64,000 bases of DNA, taken from positions 160,001 to 224,000 of the forward strand of contig CAWETI010000003.1 of assembly GCA_963812015.1 (NCBI GenBank), read 5' to 3'. Each line of letters starts with the position of its first letter. Position 1 is the stretch's first letter. Shown here in pieces: positions 58,369 to 64,000 of the stretch. The notes under the pieces were generated by a model. It did no database searches and had not been told where the DNA came from. It saw nothing but the letters and a program-made list of their open reading frames with translations. Both the position numbers and the translations under genes were made by a program. The stretch comes from an uncultured delta proteobacterium. GTDB lineage: Bacteria; Desulfobacterota; Desulfobaccia; Desulfobaccales; 0-14-0-80-60-11.

Positions 58369-60615
58369 CTACTTCCCATCCATCACCGTTACCGCGTCCC
58401 AGTCGGGGGGCGGCGGAGTTTCCTGATATTTTTGGGCCAGGGTAACGTAGCGCTGGCAGGTGGCGTCGCCGGGGCGCATTTCCAGGGTTTGGGCAAAGGC
58501 GGCCAGGCTCTCGGGGAAGCGCCGTTCCCGATAGAGGGTCAGGGCCCGATGGTATAACTCCAGGAACCGGGCCAGCTCCGGGTCCGGCTCGCCTTCTCCC
58601 AGCAGTTCGTGGATGCGGACCCCCTGGGCCTTGCCTTTGACCCTTACCATATCCACGTCCCGGAGGATGAAACCGGTTCCCAGGGATTTGGCGGTGGTGT
58701 CGCTGATGAGGATGTTGGTGCCGTAGTATTTATTGAGCCCCTCCAGGCGGGAGGCCAGATTGACGTTGTCGCCGATGGCGGTGTAGTCGAAGAGCCGGTC
58801 GGAGCCCATGTTGCCCACGGCCACCGGGCCGGAGTTGACCCCCACCCCGACCCTCAGGAGGGGGCGGCCCTGCTCGGCCCAGGTCCGGTTCATGGCCTCC
58901 AGACTGGCCACCATCTCCAGGGCGGCGCGGCAGGCCAGGCGGGGATGGTCCGCCTGTATGAGCGGGGCCCCGAACAGGGCCATGATGGCGTCCCCCATGT
59001 ACTTGTCGATGGTCCCCCCCTGGTTGATGATAATGTTGCTCATGGGATTGAGGAAGTCGTGGAGGAGGTTCACCAGGGCTTCGGGGTCCAGGTTCTCCGA
59101 CATGGTGGTGAAGCCCCGGATGTCGGTGAACAGGATGGTGATCTCCCGGCGCTCCCCTCCCAGACGCAACTGTTCGGGGTGCTTCAGCATCTCCTGGACG
59201 ACGGTGGGGGCCACATAGGATTCAAAGGCCTTGCGGATGCGCTCCCGCTCCCGCTCCTCGGCCAGGAACCGATGCATGGTGACGCCCAGGTAGACCAGGA
59301 CAATGAGGACCAGGGGATAGAAGAGCTCCAGCTGGAGGCCCTGGCGGGAAAATAGGTAATAGTTGAGACTCACGTAGCTTTCTATGACGATGAGAGTGAA
59401 GATTAAGGCCCAGGCGGCGGAGAGCCGGGGCAGCGCCAACCCCAGCAGGATCGCCAGGACCACCAGGATCAACAGCATGAGGACCAGGCCGAAGGGCGGG
59501 GTGCGGAGAAAATTTCTCTGGAGCAGGTTGTCCATAATGGTGGCCTGCACCTCCGCCCCGGGGAAGTTCCCGGAGAACGGCGTGACCCGTAGGTCGTAGA
59601 TGCCCACCGCGGTGGCCCCCACCAAGACGATCTTGTCCTTCAGGGCCCCGGCCGGCAGGCTGCGGTTCAGAACGGCGGCGGCGGAATAAGTCGGGATGAG
59701 GCCCTCGTGGCCTAAATAATTGATGAGCATCCGGCCATAGCGGTCCACGGGCACCGATCGCCGCCCCAGGCGGACATTTTCCACTCCCCACCGGGACAGG
59801 GTGATGGCCATGGGGGCCCGCCCTTCGTATTGGGACAGGCTTACCAGGGCCAGGGGGGCAAAGAACTCGCCGCTATACATGACGGTCATGGGAAACCAGC
59901 GTACGGCGCCGTCGGGATCGGGGATCATGTTGAAATAGCCATCGGCGGCGCCGGCTTCGGAGATCTCCGGGAGATTGCGTTCAATGCCGCTGGCGCCCAC
60001 CAGGCGAACCTGAGAAGGGTTGGTGTCCAGGAGGCGCACCACATTGTAGGTGGAGGACCGGATGAAAGAGGTTCCCATGAGCTTCTCCGGTTCAACTCCG
60101 CCGGTCCTGCCGCCCAAGCTCCGGAAAAAGAACCCCAGGACGGTGGGGGAACCCTGCTTAATGACCTGGGCCAGGAGACGGTCCACGTTGGTGCGGTTTT
60201 TCTCCGCGTCCAGGATTTTGAGGACTTCCGGAGAGACTTGGCGCTGGATGCACTCAGCGTAAAGTTTATTGATGGTCTGATGCGCCACCGTCTCTTCCTT
60301 CTCGGCAAAGATAATGTCCAAGGCGATGACCCGGGGCTCGGCCTGCTTCACCCCCGTGAGCAGTCGGGCCAAGTCCTCCCGGGACCAGGGCCAGCGGCCC
60401 ACGGCCTTGAGGCTGTCGTCATCGACGGCCACGATGACCACTTGCTGACTAGCGGTGCGGCCGCCCCGAAACCGGAACTTGAGATCGTACAGTTTGAGTT
60501 CGAGAAACTCGCAGAAGGTGGGACGCCAGGTGAGCAGAACGGCCACCAAAAGGGTGACGCCGACGATCCAGCGGGCGATGGGCGATTTAGCCAGGGCGGC
60601 CAGGCGACGTATCAT
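58369..60615 (-). CDS. CHASE2-domain class III adenylate cyclase
   Basis: VAVDDDSL..GRWPWSR (CHASE2), TM helices, FTDIRGFT, DKYMGDA, YTAIGDNVNLASRLE with Lys/Thr adenine-specificity residues. Confidence 0.92.
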   Translation of the reverse strand: MIRRLAALAKSPIARWIVGVTLLVAVLLTWRPTFCEFLELKLYDLKFRFRGGRTASQQVVIVAVDDDSLKAVGRWPWSREDLARLLTGVKQAEPRVIALDIIFAEKEETVAHQTINKLYAECIQRQVSPEVLKILDAEKNRTNVDRLLAQVIKQGSPTVLGFFFRSLGGRTGGVEPEKLMGTSFIRSSTYNVVRLLDTNPSQVRLVGASGIERNLPEISEAGAADGYFNMIPDPDGAVRWFPMTVMYSGEFFAPLALVSLSQYEGRAPMAITLSRWGVENVRLGRRSVPVDRYGRMLINYLGHEGLIPTYSAAAVLNRSLPAGALKDKIVLVGATAVGIYDLRVTPFSGNFPGAEVQATIMDNLLQRNFLRTPPFGLVLMLLILVVLAILLGLALPRLSAAWALIFTLIVIESYVSLNYYLFSRQGLQLELFYPLVLIVLVYLGVTMHRFLAEERERERIRKAFESYVAPTVVQEMLKHPEQLRLGGERREITILFTDIRGFTTMSENLDPEALVNLLHDFLNPMSNIIINQGGTIDKYMGDAIMALFGAPLIQADHPRLACRAALEMVASLEAMNRTWAEQGRPLLRVGVGVNSGPVAVGNMGSDRLFDYTAIGDNVNLASRLEGLNKYYGTNILISDTTAKSLGTGFILRDVDMVRVKGKAQGVRIHELLGEGEPDPELARFLELYHRALTLYRERRFPESLAAFAQTLEMRPGDATCQRYVTLAQKYQETPPPPDWDAVTVMDGK

Positions 60616-60931
60616 GGGTGGCAACCAGAGAATTTTGATGATTGGGGGCCGGTGGCCGGCCGGGCGGGCCGCCGAAAATAAAGCTGGGCCGGCATGAACC
60701 TGGCGCACCTGGTCCCCATGTGGCTCATGCCATCATAAGGAGATATGCAGCATAAGTAAATATTTTTAGGGACCGCCGGGAAAATATTGGCGCGGCCCGG
60801 AGGAAAGGCGCACCATTCCCTTGGAGAAACGAAAAATGTCGTGGGGGAAGAGCAATCGGCGGGGGGGATCAATGGCCTTATCCAGCCTAGGGGGACGGCG
60901 GGGCGTGCCCCTAAACTGAAGTTCATATTTT

Positions 60932-61876
60932 CTATTGTAAGCCGGGGCTATAAGTCCCACTGCCACTAGGAGAGCTGGGCGCCACGGGGGCCGCGGGTGG
61001 CGTGGGGGCTGGTTGTTGCTGCTTGGGCACTAAGATGGGCGGCACCGTGACGGTGGTTAGGTTGCCTATGGTGTTCTGGGCCCCCGTTGGATTAAGGGAG
61101 ACGGGGATGGTTGAACTCAAGGAGCCCTTGGGGACCCCCGGGGCATGGAAATTTTTGCCCTGGATGGGAGCATAGGTGGTGAGCTGGCGCATGAACAGCA
61201 TTTGGTCTTGGGAGGTGATGGTAAAGGGCTTAGTCGGGGGCAGGTTCTGGGCCACCGTGGTGCCTTGCATATCGTGGAGCAATACCCATCGGTTTCCGCC
61301 ATTGTTCCACGGGCCGAAGGAGAAGGCCACCTTGAAAACCTTCCGGTACAGCTGGCTCACTTCGGGATAGATATTGCCCACCTGGGTGCGCCCCGTGAAA
61401 TTGAGGATCGTCGAACTGTTGGGTTGGTTGCGAATCCCGAACTCGGTACCCCTGACCCCGACGATGGCGGTCTGGGTCTTGATGATGAAATCAGGCTCCT
61501 CGGCCTTTAAGATTTTGTTGACCACGGTGAGGGCCAGCCCCTGAAAAATTTCCAGCACCGCCCGGCGCTTTTCCTGGGCGGGTTCGAACGTGAACTCCTC
61601 AATGGCGACGCGGCTTTCCTGGGACAAGGTCAAGGTGGAATTGTCGACAAAGGTTATCTGGGCCTTGGACAGGGACTTGGTGCGGACGACGTCGCCGGGC
61701 TCCACCGTATCGCCAACCTTGAGGGCGATAGCGGGCAGATTACCACCCTTCAGGAGATCCACCCGGCCTTCCAACTGGGCCAGACGGCCCACGACCCCGG
61801 CGCCGGCCACGGATGAGCATATTAGCATCAGAGCGAGGGCAACCCACCCAGACATCAAAACCTTCCGTACCTTCAT
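60932..61876 (-). CDS. Secreted FecR-domain protein, paralog A
   Basis: Signal peptide, GDVVRT...AQITFVDNSTLTL, IKTQTAIVGVRGTEF; Pro/Ser/Thr-rich tail. Confidence 0.85.
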   Translation of the reverse strand: MKVRKVLMSGWVALALMLICSSVAGAGVVGRLAQLEGRVDLLKGGNLPAIALKVGDTVEPGDVVRTKSLSKAQITFVDNSTLTLSQESRVAIEEFTFEPAQEKRRAVLEIFQGLALTVVNKILKAEEPDFIIKTQTAIVGVRGTEFGIRNQPNSSTILNFTGRTQVGNIYPEVSQLYRKVFKVAFSFGPWNNGGNRWVLLHDMQGTTVAQNLPPTKPFTITSQDQMLFMRQLTTYAPIQGKNFHAPGVPKGSLSSTIPVSLNPTGAQNTIGNLTTVTVPPILVPKQQQPAPTPPAAPVAPSSPSGSGTYSPGLQ

Positions 61877-62381
61877 AAAATTTTCCTCGGATGACCCGCC
61901 TGTGGGTCTGGTTTGGTTAGGGACCGGAGATAAGGCGAATTCGGGACCTTTTGAACCGTTATCGGCAGCTTGAGCAAATTCTTGATTTTTTGGCGATCCC
62001 TACGGTGCGCGTGATCGGCCGGCCGATGGCCGAAGAACGCCTTGAGGCCCTGATGCTGTTATGGTTAGGGGCTCCCCAGGCGCGGCCGCAGGCCGCCCGG
62101 CGACACCGACCGGCCACCTGGGGGGGGTGCGCCACCAGTCAATGGCCAGTCAGGGGGGTAATTATCTCCATAAAATTTATCAGGAAAAGCGGCGGGAGCA
62201 GACGAATCTCTGGGGTTGGTGAAGATGGGGGGAGGGTGGCTTAACGTCAAAAACCACGGCCCCGGGATCCAGGTGACCACGGGGCCGCTATGAACCCGGG
62301 GAGAAAAGGTCCCCGGTGCAGGTGACTTAGCGAATCATCTGCACCGCCCTTAACCTCCCGGCTGGTGGGCACAAGTGCCCG

Positions 62382-63764
62382 TCATCGCACCGAATAGGTA
62401 CCCTGGGCTCCGGGGGGGGTATGCCCGGGAGGACCGCCGTTCTGGCCGCCGGGACCCTGGTACTGATGTACGGTGGTTTTAGGTTTCAGGTGTTGCGCCA
62501 CCTGGGTCCCCCCCTGGTGATCGCCCACCCCTGGCAGGCGGCAGGCATTTCCCGGAAAATGATGGGAGAAGAATACCGTGGGGTTGGTGATGGCGCTGGT
62601 CAGGATGATGTTAGGGATACCCGATCCAGACCCTGGGCCCCGGAAATGCCCGGCCATAGGCCATCCAAGAGGGATGTTTGCCAGGTGGTCCTGGGTGATC
62701 GGGTTGGTGGTGGAGAAATCCTCGAATTGGCCATCATGGTTTCTGTGGCAAAAAAAGTCTCTGTCGAAGTGAAAGTGGTGGCGCCACTTATGGTCGCAGG
62801 GCGGCGGAGTCGGCGGATTTTCCGGAGTGCCGAGGCTTTCGGTGCTTAGCAGGGTCGTCTGCGTCTTGGGCGGGATTTTCGGAGGCGTATAGGCCAGGGA
62901 ATAGAACGCCTGAAAGAAGCCGGTATATAATCCACCCAGGCTCCCGCCGTCGGCCGTCCCCGGGTCCCCGGTGGTGGCTGCACATCCCGAGATGGGGTCT
63001 GACGGGGCGCCGCCACCGCTTTCACCGCTCCCGGAATTGTTGCGCCTGCAGATGTTCACGCCGATGTTCATCAGCTGCATGAAGTTCTGCATGTCTTGCA
63101 GGCTGATCTTATAGGGCAGGGTGGGAGGCAGACCCTGGCCCACCGTGGTACCAAACATTTCCTTCAAGAAGACCCAATGATGGCCACCCTCGCCCTCGGA
63201 GCCGAAGGAGTACGCCACCTTGAAGGCCCGCTGGGGCAATTGGCCGACCTCCGGAAAAATATTGCCCACCTGGAGAACGCCCTCAAAATTCAAGATGGTG
63301 GAACTGTTGGGCTGGAGGCGAATGCCGAAGTCGGTGCCCCGCACCCCCATGACGGCGGTATTGGTCTTGACGATGAAATCCGGCTCGGCCGACTTGAAGA
63401 CTTTACTGACCACCACGTGGGCCAGGCCCTGGAAGAGTTGAATCACGGCATTGCGTTTTTCCTTGGTCGAGTCGACCATGTAGGCTTCGATGCCCACCCG
63501 GCTTTCCGGGGCAATACTCATGGTGGAATTATCGATGAAGGTGATCTGGGCCTTGGACAGGGACTTGGTCCGGATGACATCGCCTGTTTCCACCCCGTCA
63601 TCGACTTTGACCGGGGTGGCCGGGAGCTGCCCGCCCCTCAAAATGTCAACCCGACCTTCCACCTGGGTCAGACGTCCCACCACGTCCGCCTGGGCGCTGG
63701 TCAGCGCCGCCACCTGGAATGCCAGGATCACGAAAACCACCCAGAAGAATATGAACTTTCTCAT
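62382..63764 (-). CDS. Secreted FecR-domain protein, paralog B
   Basis: AAAGGAG RBS before ATG 63764; same FecR core (VKTNTAVMGVRGTDF); long Gly/Pro/His-rich tail. Confidence 0.85.
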   Translation of the reverse strand: MRKFIFFWVVFVILAFQVAALTSAQADVVGRLTQVEGRVDILRGGQLPATPVKVDDGVETGDVIRTKSLSKAQITFIDNSTMSIAPESRVGIEAYMVDSTKEKRNAVIQLFQGLAHVVVSKVFKSAEPDFIVKTNTAVMGVRGTDFGIRLQPNSSTILNFEGVLQVGNIFPEVGQLPQRAFKVAYSFGSEGEGGHHWVFLKEMFGTTVGQGLPPTLPYKISLQDMQNFMQLMNIGVNICRRNNSGSGESGGGAPSDPISGCAATTGDPGTADGGSLGGLYTGFFQAFYSLAYTPPKIPPKTQTTLLSTESLGTPENPPTPPPCDHKWRHHFHFDRDFFCHRNHDGQFEDFSTTNPITQDHLANIPLGWPMAGHFRGPGSGSGIPNIILTSAITNPTVFFSHHFPGNACRLPGVGDHQGGTQVAQHLKPKTTVHQYQGPGGQNGGPPGHTPPGAQGTYSVR

Positions 63765-64000
63765 AATTGGGCTCCTTTGGTGATCAGGGCCCCCCGCCTC
63801 CCCCCCATGGCCTGAGACTATCAACGCCGGCCGGGAAGCAATATCTCATGTTATATTAACTTAAATATTAAATTAATTAAATCAACACTTAATTAAATTA
63901 AAATTACATCAGACAATCCTCCCCTTGGCTGAGATGGGGGGGCATGCCTGGGAGATTAATTGGCGCCCCATCACCGCCAGACGGTGGCAGGGGCCGGACA

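Noticed and set aside
1..64000. CRISPR array, tRNA/rRNA, integrase or transposase genes, prophage
   Set aside because: No regularly spaced repeat-spacer units, cloverleaf or rRNA-like sequence, or recombinase/phage structural motifs were recognised by eye; a covariance-model scan was not possible.

Overview
GC-rich bacterial chromosome segment whose gene content and style suggest an anaerobic deltaproteobacterium (Desulfobacterota-like; inferred, not verified). The backbone is housekeeping: murB (partial), an MltB-like transglycosylase, PolX-PHP, purE, alr, argS, a SPOR protein, rsfS-nadD-proA, ppiD, cpoB, dnaE, polA, mtnA, gatB, thi4/thiM/thiE, fabD and a purN-like gene. Three visibly AT-rich accessory cassettes interrupt it with no integrase or transposase nearby: (1) a three-gene toxin-antitoxin-SecB-like chaperone (TAC) module at 905-2372, (2) a solo GHKL-ATPase/PD-(D/E)xK nuclease gene at 7402-9429, (3) a small-ORF + DUF2335-like pair preceded by a perfect 31-bp palindrome and tandem operator-like repeats at 26.4-27.4 kb. 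Other notable loci: a two-gene PilZ-less cellulose-synthase-like GT2 + giant TPR/beta-barrel exporter; two Cys-bearing Lpp/OprI-like alanine-zipper lipoproteins facing two L,D-transpeptidase paralogs; a diguanylate cyclase split at a TTT-TAA +1 shifty-stop/homopolymer site; a PolX lacking catalytic Asp residues; tandem FecR-domain paralogs with a CHASE2 adenylate cyclase; a sigma54-driven PEP-CTERM-like gene; and several intergenic repeat types (GTAG-type REPs, a 133-bp MITE-like element with an 8-bp target-duplication-like flank). No rRNA, tRNA or CRISPR array was recognised. All family calls come from motif recognition by eye, not database searches.
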